Below the pieces are notes generated by a model. The model did not search any database. It had not been told where the DNA came from and saw nothing but the letters and a program-made list of their open reading frames with translations. Position numbers and translations under genes: made by a program. Of a DNA stretch of 64,000 nt, positions 34,212 through 49,018 are shown piece after piece (positions within the stretch are counted from its first letter, which is position 1; each line of letters opens with the position of its first letter). This DNA comes from Rebecca billardiae RCC1528 (Eukaryota > Protista > Haptophyta), in contig OZ251233.1 of assembly GCA_965240325.2 (NCBI GenBank), forward strand, positions 1 to 64,000, read 5' to 3'.

Positions 34212-34748
34212 TCACGCCGCCGCCGGCACGGGGTGCTCGAGCAGCGCGCGCAGCTGGCTCGGCTCGGACGCCACCATCCGCACCAGCCACGTCGGCCGGG
34301 CGAGCCCGTCGCCGAGGGCGGCGTCGTTGAACGCGACGACCGAGCCGCTCACCGGCGCGCGCAGCGCGTACCGGCCGGTCGCCTGCTCAAACTTGCTGTG
34401 GTAGAGCTCGTCCGCCGCGCCCATGCGCACGCCCTCCCACTCGAGCTCGACCAGCCCCGCGCCCGCGCCCACCGCCTCGCCCACGCGCGCGGCGGCGCTC
34501 GAGCCGACCACCTCGCCGTCGAGCGCGTCGAGCAGCGCGTCGGTCGGCGAGAGCGTGAGCAGCGCGCGCTCCACGGCGGGGCCGCCGCCGGGCGGCGCGT
34601 GGGGCTCGAGGCGCACGTCCACCTGGCAGTGCCCGTCCGGCGTGAACAGCCGCCGCGCCGCCGCCGCGCCGCCGCCCGTCGTCGAGAGGCTCGCCGCCGC
34701 GAGACGTCGCGCGGACGACGCCGCGCGCAGCAGCGAGGCGGAGGCCAT
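34212..34748 (-). CDS. Glycine cleavage H-like (lipoyl/single-hybrid fold) protein, probably mitochondrial
   Basis: R/S/A-rich transit-like N-terminus, and LRAPVSGSVVAFN...WLVRM matching the GcvH C-terminal motif. The canonical lipoyl Lys is absent. Confidence 0.65.
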   Translation of the reverse strand: MASASLLRAASSARRLAAASLSTTGGGAAAARRLFTPDGHCQVDVRLEPHAPPGGGPAVERALLTLSPTDALLDALDGEVVGSSAAARVGEAVGAGAGLVELEWEGVRMGAADELYHSKFEQATGRYALRAPVSGSVVAFNDAALGDGLARPTWLVRMVASEPSQLRALLEHPVPAAA

Positions 34749-34857
34749 GATTCGATCCGCGGAAGCTTCGCGCCTTTTCTGGTGCTCCCGGCTCCGACTC
34801 CGGGCGGTCCAACGGCCGCTGCTAAAGTACTGAGATTATTGTGCTGCTTGCGAACAC

Positions 34858-36324
34858 TCACGCGGCCCGCCGGTCGCGCGCCGGCACGGCGCGGCGCACC
34901 GTGAGCTCGGTGTCGACGAGCAGCTCGAGCGTCGCGGGCACGCGCCCGCCCGCGCCCGCGCCGCGCGCCTCGCGCTCCGCCGCGGCGGCGCGCAGCGCGG
35001 CGCGCGCGGCGGGCCCGGCGCCGTTGGCGCGCACGTCGAGCCGGCGCAGCCGCGCGCAGCCCGCCGCGTCGCCGCCCGGCGGCGCGAGCGCGGCCGCGAG
35101 CGCGTCGAGCGCGGCGCGCGCGCCCGCGCCGCGCGCGAGGCTGTTGTGGGCCAGGTCGAGCACGCACACGCCCTCCGCCGCGCCCAGCGCGCCGCCCAGC
35201 GCGGCGCCGCCCGCCGGGCCGATCGCGTTGTGCGCGAGCCGCACGCTCTGCAGCGCGGGCGCCGCGCCCAGCAGCCGCGCGAGCGCGGCCGCGCCTTCGT
35301 CGCCGATGCCGTTCGAGCCGAGGTCGAGCGCGCGCAGCGAGGGCGCGCTCGCGAGCGAGCGCGCGAGCAGCTGCGCGCCCGCGTCGCCCAGCGCGTTGCG
35401 CTCGAGCCGGAGCGACGCCACGCGGATCGGCGCGCCGCCGTCCGCGCCGCCGACGCCGCCGACGCCGCCGCCGCCATAGTCGCGCCACCACGCGGCCGCG
35501 AGCACGTGCAGCTGGTGCGGCCGCAGCCCCACGCCGCCCAGCCCGAGCTCGACCACGCGCGAGCGGCGCAGCGCGGGCGCGAGCGCGGCGAGCGCGGCCG
35601 ACGTGCCGCGCGGCGCGGGCGCGCGCGCCGCGCCCGCGCGCGTCGGCCGCTCGCCCGGGCCCAGCGGCCGCGCGCCCGCGTCGCCGGGCAGCCGCGCGTG
35701 CGCGAGCGCGGCCGTGTCGCTCAGCTCGAGCGAGCGCAGCCGAGGCGCGTGCGGCAGCGCGGCCGCGAGCGGCACGAGGCCGTCCGCGCACAGCGCGGGG
35801 TTGTGCGCGAGCGAGAGGGCGCGCAGCCGCGGCGCGTGCGCCACGACCAGCCCGAGCGCCGCGCCCGCCTCCGCCCCGAGCCCCGAGCGCGCGAGGTTGA
35901 GCTCCTCCGCGGCGCACAGCTCGTGCACCGAGGCCGCGCCCGCGGCGGCGCACAGCGCGCGCGCGCTCTCCGCCGCGTGCGGCGGCACGCGCAGCGGGCG
36001 CGGCGGCGCGGCGGGCGGCGCGGGCGCGCCGCCCGCGCCGCGCGCGGCCGCGGCGCCGCGCGCGGCGGGCGGCGCGTGCGCCTCCCACGCCTCCGCCCAC
36101 GCGGACGGCGCGGTCGGCGGGCGCGCCGCCCACTCGTCGCCCCACGGCGGCGGCGCGCTCGGCAGCGGCAGCGCGGGCACGCGGTGCCGGCTCGCGGCGG
36201 CGACGGCGGCGTCGCGCGCGCCGGGCTTGGCGGCGGGGCGCGCGGCCGCCGCCGCCATGCCCGCGACGCGCAGGGACGGCGGCGGCGGCCGGCCGGCCCC
36301 GCCGGGCATCGCCAAGGCCGCCAT
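34858..36324 (-). CDS. RNI-like leucine-rich-repeat protein
   Basis: Repeated LxxLxLxxNxIGxxGAxxLA units (LRALDLGSNGIGDEGAAALA, LQSVRLAHNAIGPAGGAALG). Likely ATG at 36324. Confidence 0.85.
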   Translation of the reverse strand: MAALAMPGGAGRPPPPSLRVAGMAAAAARPAAKPGARDAAVAAASRHRVPALPLPSAPPPWGDEWAARPPTAPSAWAEAWEAHAPPAARGAAAARGAGGAPAPPAAPPRPLRVPPHAAESARALCAAAGAASVHELCAAEELNLARSGLGAEAGAALGLVVAHAPRLRALSLAHNPALCADGLVPLAAALPHAPRLRSLELSDTAALAHARLPGDAGARPLGPGERPTRAGAARAPAPRGTSAALAALAPALRRSRVVELGLGGVGLRPHQLHVLAAAWWRDYGGGGVGGVGGADGGAPIRVASLRLERNALGDAGAQLLARSLASAPSLRALDLGSNGIGDEGAAALARLLGAAPALQSVRLAHNAIGPAGGAALGGALGAAEGVCVLDLAHNSLARGAGARAALDALAAALAPPGGDAAGCARLRRLDVRANGAGPAARAALRAAAAEREARGAGAGGRVPATLELLVDTELTVRRAVPARDRRAA

Positions 36325-36405
36325 CGTCGTCGTCAGCGCTTGTTCATCAGTCAACAACGGCCGAGCTCTTTCTTTGCAACGGCCGGGCACATCGAGCCGC
36401 CAGCC

Positions 36406-36693
36406 ATGGTGGAGGCCCCCGCGCGGGTGCCCGTCGCGGCGCTGCAGCAGGTGCGCGCCGGCGGCGCGAGGAGCCGGTGCGCGCCGGCGCGCCGCGCGCG
36501 AACTCACGCCGCGCCGTCCGCCCCGCCCCCGCGCGCAGTTCCTCGCGGCGATGGCGGCGGGCGACATGGAGGGCGCCATCAGCCTGGGCGAGCGCATCCT
36601 CGCGGACGAGCCGGACAACGCGCCCGTCGCCAAGGCGCTGCCCGCGCTGCGCCGCCGACGCGACCAGCTCGCGGAGATGCGCAGCGCGGGGCT

Positions 36694-36739
<46 letters not shown>

Positions 36740-36973
36740 GGCGAGGAGGGCGCCGCGCCGGACGGCGGTGCGGATGGCGAGGAGGGCGAGGCCTCCTCCT
36801 CCTCCGAAGGCGAGGACGACGACTCCGACAGCGAGGAGGAGGAGGAGGAGGACGGGCAGGGCGCGGCGCCCGCGGCCGCGCCAGAGCTCGGCGAGCTGCT
36901 CGCCCCGGGCAAGGACGCCGCGGTCGCCGAGCGGTTGCGGCGCCTCCTCGCGGAGGTCAACGTGGCCGAGTAA
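36406..36973 (+). CDS. Acidic protein, ERICH2 (glutamate-rich protein 2)-like; 2 exons, ~159 aa
   Basis: Exons 36406-36450 and 36539-36973 with a GT-AG intron. FLAAMAAGDMEGAISLGERILADEPDN is followed by a poly-D/E tract. Confidence 0.65.
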
Positions 36974-37202
36974 GCTGCTGCTCGTTTCGCCTCGTGCGTC
37001 GTCGGAGCAGAATATAATCGAGCGCAGTTTATATTGTCTGCGCGCTGATAATGCATGCACGGCCGGGTTGCATCAGTATATATACGACAATACTACTAGG
37101 ATATAGGCCCAATAAGATGACTACATCACCGTAGTACGTATACGCAATATCAGCGATATAGCAGACGGCCAGACGACTGTCGTCCGACAGTCGACTGACG
37201 AC

Positions 37203-39026
37203 TCAGCAGCCGGCGCCGCCGGCGAGGCGCAGGCACGACGTCTCGGGCCGGAGCGTGAGCCAGTCGACGCTGAGCGCGTACGCGAGCGCGAGCGCGAGCA
37301 GCCCGACGGCGAGCAGCGCGGTCGGCGTGGACGCGGGCCACTCGCGCAGCCGGCGCCGGCACTCGGCCTTCTGGTCGGGCAGCAGCGGCAGCAGCAGCAG
37401 CGCGCCCAGCCCGAAGCCGTACGCGAGCGCGTACGACCAGCCGACGAGCGCGCGGAAGCGGTCCGTGTCCTCGATGAAGTTGGACACGTCGGAGAGCGAG
37501 GGGCGCCAGCCCGCGAAGATCTGGTTGCCCAGCGCGGTGCACACGGGGTGGCCGAGGTTGTACGCCGTCGTGAGCACGCCGTACACCAGCCCCTCGTTGC
37601 CGTCGCTCGCCATCTCCACGACCACAAAGTTGCCCGCCATGAAGTTGGCCGCGGCCGGCAGCTCGACCAGCGCGACCTCGCCGAGGTAGAAGTACTGGTT
37701 GCGCACCACGCCCGAGATGGTGAGCGCGGTGAAGACCGAGTCCACGCCGACGAGCACGAGCGTCGTCCCCGCGAGCATCCTGCGCCAGCTCGCGTGCAGC
37801 AGCCGCGCGCGCACGAGCTGCAGCCCGGCCGCAAAGAGCAGCGCGCCCGCGCACGAGAAGGCGGCGTTCTGCAGCGTGCGCACGCCCGCCCACACCTCCT
37901 TGACGAGCGGGCCGGCGGGCGAGGCGACGCCGCCGATGCCCGTCGTGCCCAGCTGGTACAGGATCACCGCGAGGAACGCGCGCGAGCGCAGCAGCGCCCA
38001 CGTCTGCCGGCCGTACTCGCCGAGCGACGCCGCGCCCGAGCCGTCGCCGCCGCCGCCGCGCGCGCGGCGCGGCTCGCGCACGCTCAGCAGCGTGGCGGGC
38101 ACCATCAGCGCGGCGAGCGCGGCGAGCACGAGGGCGAGGCCGCGCAGCGAGAGGCCCCAGCTGAACGAGCCGTTGTACTCGTACGAGTTGAACCCGAGCC
38201 CGACGAGCACCGCGCCCGCCGCGTTGCCGAGCGTGCGCACCGTGTACACGCGCACCTGCAGCGCGCCGCGCCTGTGCTCGGGCTCGCGCCGCGCCCACTC
38301 GACCAGCAGGCCGTCCGCCGCCACGTCGGCGAGCACGTACCCGACCGCGGCGAGCAGGAGCAGCGCGGTGTACTGGCCCGCGTGCGACGGCGCGTCCGGG
38401 TTGCACGGCGCCGCCGCCGCCGCGCGCGCGCCCTCGGCCGCGGGCGGCGCGGCCGGCTGCTCGGCGGCGGCGGCGCGGCCGCCGCCGCGCGCCGCCCAGC
38501 GCAGCTCGTCCGCGCGCGTGCGGATGTACTGCCCGTCGGGCGCGACGCACCAGTACGGCGGCGGGATGCGCGTGCCCGCCAGGTTGAGCAGCGCCAGCGC
38601 GCACAGCGCCCAGCCGATCGCCATGTACGGCTTGCGCCGCCGGCCTCTGATCGGGCACGTGTCCGAGAGCAGCCCCGCCGCAAACTTGAACGACCACGGG
38701 AGCGAGAGCGTGACGACCGCGGCGGAGTAGACGTAGCCGGGCACGGCGAGGTAGCCGAGCATGAAGCCGTACATCGCGCTCGGGATCGCCGCGCTCACCA
38801 CCCCCACCACCGCGTACTGCAGCGCAAAGCCCGCGCCCGGGCCGGGCGGCGCGCCGTCGCGCTCGGCCGGCGGCACGGTGCCGCCGTGCTCGGCGGCGTC
38901 GGAGGGCGCGACGGCGTGCAGCTCGGTCAGGTTGCGCAGGTGCTCGCGCGAGTCCAGCGCGCGCTCGGTCGACAGCTGCGCCTCGAGCTCGGCGCGCGCG
39001 ATCGCGAGGTCGACCGGATGCGCCAT
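37203..39026 (-). CDS. Folate-biopterin transporter (BT1/FBT family, MFS)
   Basis: LPWSFKFAAGLLSDTCPIRGRRRKPYMAIGW, ADVAADGLLVEWARREPEHRRGALQ and GNEGLVYGVLTT, with ~12 hydrophobic segments. Confidence 0.92.
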   Translation of the reverse strand: MAHPVDLAIARAELEAQLSTERALDSREHLRNLTELHAVAPSDAAEHGGTVPPAERDGAPPGPGAGFALQYAVVGVVSAAIPSAMYGFMLGYLAVPGYVYSAAVVTLSLPWSFKFAAGLLSDTCPIRGRRRKPYMAIGWALCALALLNLAGTRIPPPYWCVAPDGQYIRTRADELRWAARGGGRAAAAEQPAAPPAAEGARAAAAAPCNPDAPSHAGQYTALLLLAAVGYVLADVAADGLLVEWARREPEHRRGALQVRVYTVRTLGNAAGAVLVGLGFNSYEYNGSFSWGLSLRGLALVLAALAALMVPATLLSVREPRRARGGGGDGSGAASLGEYGRQTWALLRSRAFLAVILYQLGTTGIGGVASPAGPLVKEVWAGVRTLQNAAFSCAGALLFAAGLQLVRARLLHASWRRMLAGTTLVLVGVDSVFTALTISGVVRNQYFYLGEVALVELPAAANFMAGNFVVVEMASDGNEGLVYGVLTTAYNLGHPVCTALGNQIFAGWRPSLSDVSNFIEDTDRFRALVGWSYALAYGFGLGALLLLPLLPDQKAECRRRLREWPASTPTALLAVGLLALALAYALSVDWLTLRPETSCLRLAGGAGC

Positions 39027-39210
39027 CGCGCCGACGCGCCTCGATCCGCGCGCGCTCGCTGCAGCCCTCGCGCGGCGGCGGGTGATCTGGGTTTTGAAAC
39101 TCGAAAGCGCGCGCGCGCGGCGCGTGCCGCGGGCTTTATTTCGTCGTCGACGATCTGCTCTATATTTTTTTTAAATAGAGCGCAGCGTAAAGGCGCTGAT
39201 GTATCTCGGC

Positions 39211-41550
39211 TCACGGCGCGCGCGCGCGGGCCTCGCCGGCCCAGCTCGTCGTGCCGAGGAGGCGCAGCACCGTGCCGTTGTTCATCCGCCGGTCGCGGTG
39301 GCTGCTGATCTTGTCGTAGTCGGCGTACCACGCGACCGCGCCGCGCTGCGCCATCGAGCGCATCGCCACCGCGCCCGGGTACGAGGAGAAGAGCAGCCGC
39401 ACGATGCCCTTCGCCCAGCCGCCGAGGTACATGTCGACGATCGAGCGCGTCCACGCGCCGCGCGGGTCGGCGCCCTGCGCGCACGCCTTGCCGCCGCCCT
39501 CGCCGCCCGCGTCCGCGCGTCCGGAGGCGCACGCGGACGAGAAGACGGTGTGGCCGAGCGCGCCCGCGCCCGCGCCGCCCGCCTGCGTGCTCACCACGCG
39601 CCCGCGCAGCGTCGGCTCGGCGAGCAGCAGCGCGTGCAGCGCGGGCGCGTCGCCGAGGACGAGCAGCGCCCAGCGCGCGTCGAGCGAGCCGTTCGCCGCA
39701 AACCTGGCCGCCACCGCGTCCGCGTCTGCGCGCGCGCGCGCCCCTCCGTCCGCGTGCTGCGGCCTGTGCTTGGGCGGCAGCAGCTCGTCCATCGAGAGCG
39801 CGTGCCGCTGCGCGTGCGAGAGCGGCGCCACCGCGCGCCGGCCCCACAGCGACGCGCACGCGACCACGGCCGAGAGCGGGCCGCGCGCGGCGTCGGGCTC
39901 GCGCGCGGCCGCGCCCTCCGGCCCGCCGCCCGCCGGCAGCGCCGCCATCAGCGCCTTGGCCGCCCCCAGCGCGCTGGGCAGCACCACCAGCTCGTCGCCC
40001 ACGTGCCGCCCGACGGTCGCGCACCGGGCCGCGTCCACCGCGCCGGGCGAGCGGCGCGTGATGAAGGGCGGCGGCCCCATCTTGTACCGGAAGCAGAAGG
40101 GAGGGCCGCCCGCCGCCGCCTCGCCCGGCTGCGGCGGCCCCTGCGGCTGCTTGGGCGGCCACTCGCTTTGCACCGGGTAGCCCAGCTCGTGGCAGTCGAG
40201 CAGCAGCCGCTCAAACTGCGCCCAGTGCGCGCCGTGCGAGGGCGGCGTGTACGCGGGCGCGTGCTGCGCCGCGCGGCGCTCCTCGTGCCGCTGCCAGTCC
40301 GCGTACCCCGAGCGCACGTGCAGCGCCATCACCGCGTCGAATGCCGAGAGCTGGCGCGCGTACGGCAGCAGCGCCGACGCGAGCGACGCGCGCGGACGCG
40401 TCATCGCGAAGCGCTCGCACGCCGTGTTGGCGCAGCCGCCCGCGCCGTACAGCCGCGAGCGCCGGAGGAAGGGCTGCGCGTTCATGTCCAGCTGGAACGC
40501 CGTCTGCTCGTTCAGGATCTCGAGCACGCCCACGCGCGCGCCGCGCAGCGCGCGCTCGACAGCGTCCACGAGCGCGCCCGTGCCCTCGTCCAGCGCGCCC
40601 ACGAGGCCGCCGCTCGAGCCGTTGAGGAGCGAGCCGCGCAGGCACGCGTACGTCACCTTGTCGCACTTGTACGCGAGGTGCGCCACGCCGCCGCCCGCCG
40701 CGCCGCCCAGCGCGGCGCGCACGCGCTGCGCCGCGGCCTCGTCCCAGCGCCACGAGTGGCCGCCCAGCGCCTCAAAGTGCGACCCCAGGTCGAAGCGGCA
40801 CTCCTTCGGGTCGCGCAGCGGCGGCAGGCTGCCGTGCCGCGGCGCGGGCGTCGGGAAGGGCGGCGTGCACGGGTCCATGCGCAGGAAGGTGAGCCGGCCG
40901 AGCGTGTGCCCGAGGCGCAGCAGGTTGAGCCAGCGGTCGGCGCTGTTGCCCAGCCCGTTCCACGCGGGCTTGGTCACGTCGATCACGAGCACGGAGGCGG
41001 CGGCCGACAGCGCGGGCGAGGCGGCGAGCGCCTCCCACTCGCGGCGCGTGCACGCGCACATCGAGCGGAAGAGGCCCAGCTCGGCCCGCCCGATCGACGT
41101 GGCCTCGAGCTCGCGCAGCTCGGGGCTCGAGACGCCTCGGCGCTCGTCCGCGCCGTCCTCGCCGCGCGCCGCGCGCGCGCGCGCCGTCGTGTTGGCCGCG
41201 CGCGCGGACGACGGCCGCTGCTGGCGCTGCTGCTGGCGCTGCTGCCGCTGCTGCTGCTTCTCCGCGGCGAGGGCAGCGGCGCTGCCGCGCGAGGTGGTGG
41301 GCGGCCCGGCCGTCGGCGCGCGCAGCGGCGCGGCGCTCGCCGCGAGCGCCGGCCGCGCCGCGGGCAGCCGCGGCGGCGGCGCGTGCACGGCGCGCGAGAG
41401 CTGCAGCGCGACGACGGCGAGGAGGAGCACGCCCGCGAGCAGCGCCGCGCACACCGCGCGGCCGATCGACGAGGTGGGCAGCCGGCCGCGCGGCGCCGGC
41501 GCCTCGTGCTCCTCCTCCGCCTTCCTGGGCGCGGCCGCGCCGCCCGCCAT
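39211..41550 (-). CDS. Type II membrane fucosyltransferase-like glycosyltransferase (GT-B; alpha-1,2/1,6/O-FucT-like)
   Basis: TM (AVCAALLAGVLLLAVVAL) and stem, then NGLGN, MALHVRSGYAD and IVDMYLG...FSSYPGAVA in FucT motif order. Likely ATG at 41550. Confidence 0.65.
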   Translation of the reverse strand: MAGGAAAPRKAEEEHEAPAPRGRLPTSSIGRAVCAALLAGVLLLAVVALQLSRAVHAPPPRLPAARPALAASAAPLRAPTAGPPTTSRGSAAALAAEKQQQRQQRQQQRQQRPSSARAANTTARARAARGEDGADERRGVSSPELRELEATSIGRAELGLFRSMCACTRREWEALAASPALSAAASVLVIDVTKPAWNGLGNSADRWLNLLRLGHTLGRLTFLRMDPCTPPFPTPAPRHGSLPPLRDPKECRFDLGSHFEALGGHSWRWDEAAAQRVRAALGGAAGGGVAHLAYKCDKVTYACLRGSLLNGSSGGLVGALDEGTGALVDAVERALRGARVGVLEILNEQTAFQLDMNAQPFLRRSRLYGAGGCANTACERFAMTRPRASLASALLPYARQLSAFDAVMALHVRSGYADWQRHEERRAAQHAPAYTPPSHGAHWAQFERLLLDCHELGYPVQSEWPPKQPQGPPQPGEAAAGGPPFCFRYKMGPPPFITRRSPGAVDAARCATVGRHVGDELVVLPSALGAAKALMAALPAGGGPEGAAAREPDAARGPLSAVVACASLWGRRAVAPLSHAQRHALSMDELLPPKHRPQHADGGARARADADAVAARFAANGSLDARWALLVLGDAPALHALLLAEPTLRGRVVSTQAGGAGAGALGHTVFSSACASGRADAGGEGGGKACAQGADPRGAWTRSIVDMYLGGWAKGIVRLLFSSYPGAVAMRSMAQRGAVAWYADYDKISSHRDRRMNNGTVLRLLGTTSWAGEARARAP

Positions 41551-41889
41551 CGTCGAGCGCCCGGGCAAGGGAAGCAGCAGCGCGGGGGCCGCGGCCCACG
41601 CGAGCGCCGGATTCCAGCGCCGGACCCGCCCCGCCTGCCCAAGCAACCGAGCAGCAGCTCTCCAGCAGGCTGCGGCGCTGCGCACCTCGCAGGGGCGCCC
41701 GCTGCGCCTGCTTGGAGCGTCCCCCGGCCGGGGCGTCGGCCGAGCGGGAGGCGCGGCGGTCTGGCGGGCGGCGCGTGACTTCGCCCGCGCCGCCGGCTCC
41801 GCTTTTTCCCCCGCGCGCACTCCCCGCGCGCGTCGGCGCGTTCGAGCGCGCGGCGCGGCGCGCGGACGCGCGAGGCGCACGCCCACGAG

Positions 41890-42744
41890 ATGGCGGCGGC
41901 CGAGCAGCCGCCGGCCGAGCCGCCGAGCGTGCCGTCGAGCGCGCAGGAGGCGAGCGCGGCGGCGGAGGCGGGCGACGCGGCGGCCCTCGCCGCCTACTTC
42001 GCGCGGCCCGGCGTCGAGCCCTCCGTCCCCATCGACCCGTCGACCGGCGAGACGCTGCTGCACGTGTCCGCGGCCGCGGGCCAGGCGCCGTGCGTCAAGG
42101 CGTGCATCGGCGCGGGGTGCAAGCTGGCGGTGCTGGACAACGACGAGCAGAACGCGATGCACTACGCGGCGAACGAGGGCCACCTCGAGGTGGCCAAGCT
42201 GCTCGTCTCCGAGGGCCTCCCCGCCGAGGAGCTGAACCGGCTGGACAAGTACCAGATGTCGCCGCTGCACCTGGCGGTCGAGGGCGGCCACCTCGAGCTG
42301 GTGCGCTTCCTCACCGCGCTGCCGCACGCGGACGAGAAGATACGGCGCGGCAGCGTCACGTTCATCGCGCAGCGCCACGAGCACGCCGACATCGTCGAGC
42401 TCCTGCAGCGCCCGCGCGCCGTCGAGTACGACGAGGCGGGCAACCTGCTGCGCGGCGGCCTGGACACGGCGTCCGAGGGGCAGCCCAGCCGCGGGCCCAG
42501 CCGCGCGGACAGCATGGTGGGCTCGGAGGGGAGGCCGCCGGGCGGGCGCACGGCGGCGGCGCGGCGGCGCTCGAAGGCGCAGTCCGAGGACGGCGGCAGC
42601 GTCTACTCCGTCTCCACCGCCGCCACCAACACGCGCACCGGCGCGACGCACTCGGCGGGCGACGCGTCCGCCGCGCCCTCGCGCGCGACCACGCCGCGCG
42701 CGCCGCCGCCGTCCGGCTGCTGCAAGGGCTGCGCCGTGAGCTGA
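41890..42744 (+). CDS. Ankyrin-repeat protein with C-terminal CaaX
   Basis: GETLLHVSAAAGQ, QNAMHYAANEGHLEVAKLL and MSPLHLAVEGGHLELVRFL. The protein ends GCCKGCAVS. Confidence 0.9.
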   Translation: MAAAEQPPAEPPSVPSSAQEASAAAEAGDAAALAAYFARPGVEPSVPIDPSTGETLLHVSAAAGQAPCVKACIGAGCKLAVLDNDEQNAMHYAANEGHLEVAKLLVSEGLPAEELNRLDKYQMSPLHLAVEGGHLELVRFLTALPHADEKIRRGSVTFIAQRHEHADIVELLQRPRAVEYDEAGNLLRGGLDTASEGQPSRGPSRADSMVGSEGRPPGGRTAAARRRSKAQSEDGGSVYSVSTAATNTRTGATHSAGDASAAPSRATTPRAPPPSGCCKGCAVS

Positions 42745-43272
42745 GCGCGCGGGCGCGGCGCGGGCGCCGACGGGCGGGCCCTCGCGCCGCCGAGCGCGGC
42801 GCGCCGTCAGCCGGCGGCGGCGCCGCGCACCGCGCCGCTCAGCCCGCGCCGGGACCGGGCCGCGGCGCGCGCTTCAGTTTCTCGACTGGCGGGACTGTCA
42901 CGGACACGGGGGCCGGCGCGCGCGCAGCGCGCAACGGCTGCTGCCTGGCGCGGCGCGACAAAGAAGGCGTGGCGCCCGCGCCAGCCGGCCGCCGCGTGGC
43001 GTATTCTTGATTTATTGCCCGGCGCAGCTTCGTGGGATGCCGCCGCTGGGCTCGGCCAACGTTTGCTCACAGACGCTCCCTGATCGTAACTCAGTGCCGC
43101 GGCGCTTTTCGGTTACTCTCCGGACCCCCAACGATGACCCGCCCACGCCAATCGACACCGGCGGGCCAAACTTGAGAAACAGACAACACCGTCAATCACC
43201 CGCTCGCGCATCGGACTCCTGACCAAGTGACCAGGGATCAGGGCCACAGCGTCGTCCGTCAGTCATATATCA

Positions 43273-48330
<5,058 letters not shown>

Positions 48331-48434
48331 CCGAGCGCTGCCGAGCCGAACTCGAAGCGGCGCCTCACGGCGCCGCGAAGCCCGCCGGTGGCTGGTGGAT
48401 CATCGTCGCGGAGATGACGACGACCAGCAGCTAT

Positions 48435-49014
<580 letters not shown>

Positions 49015-49018
<4 letters not shown>

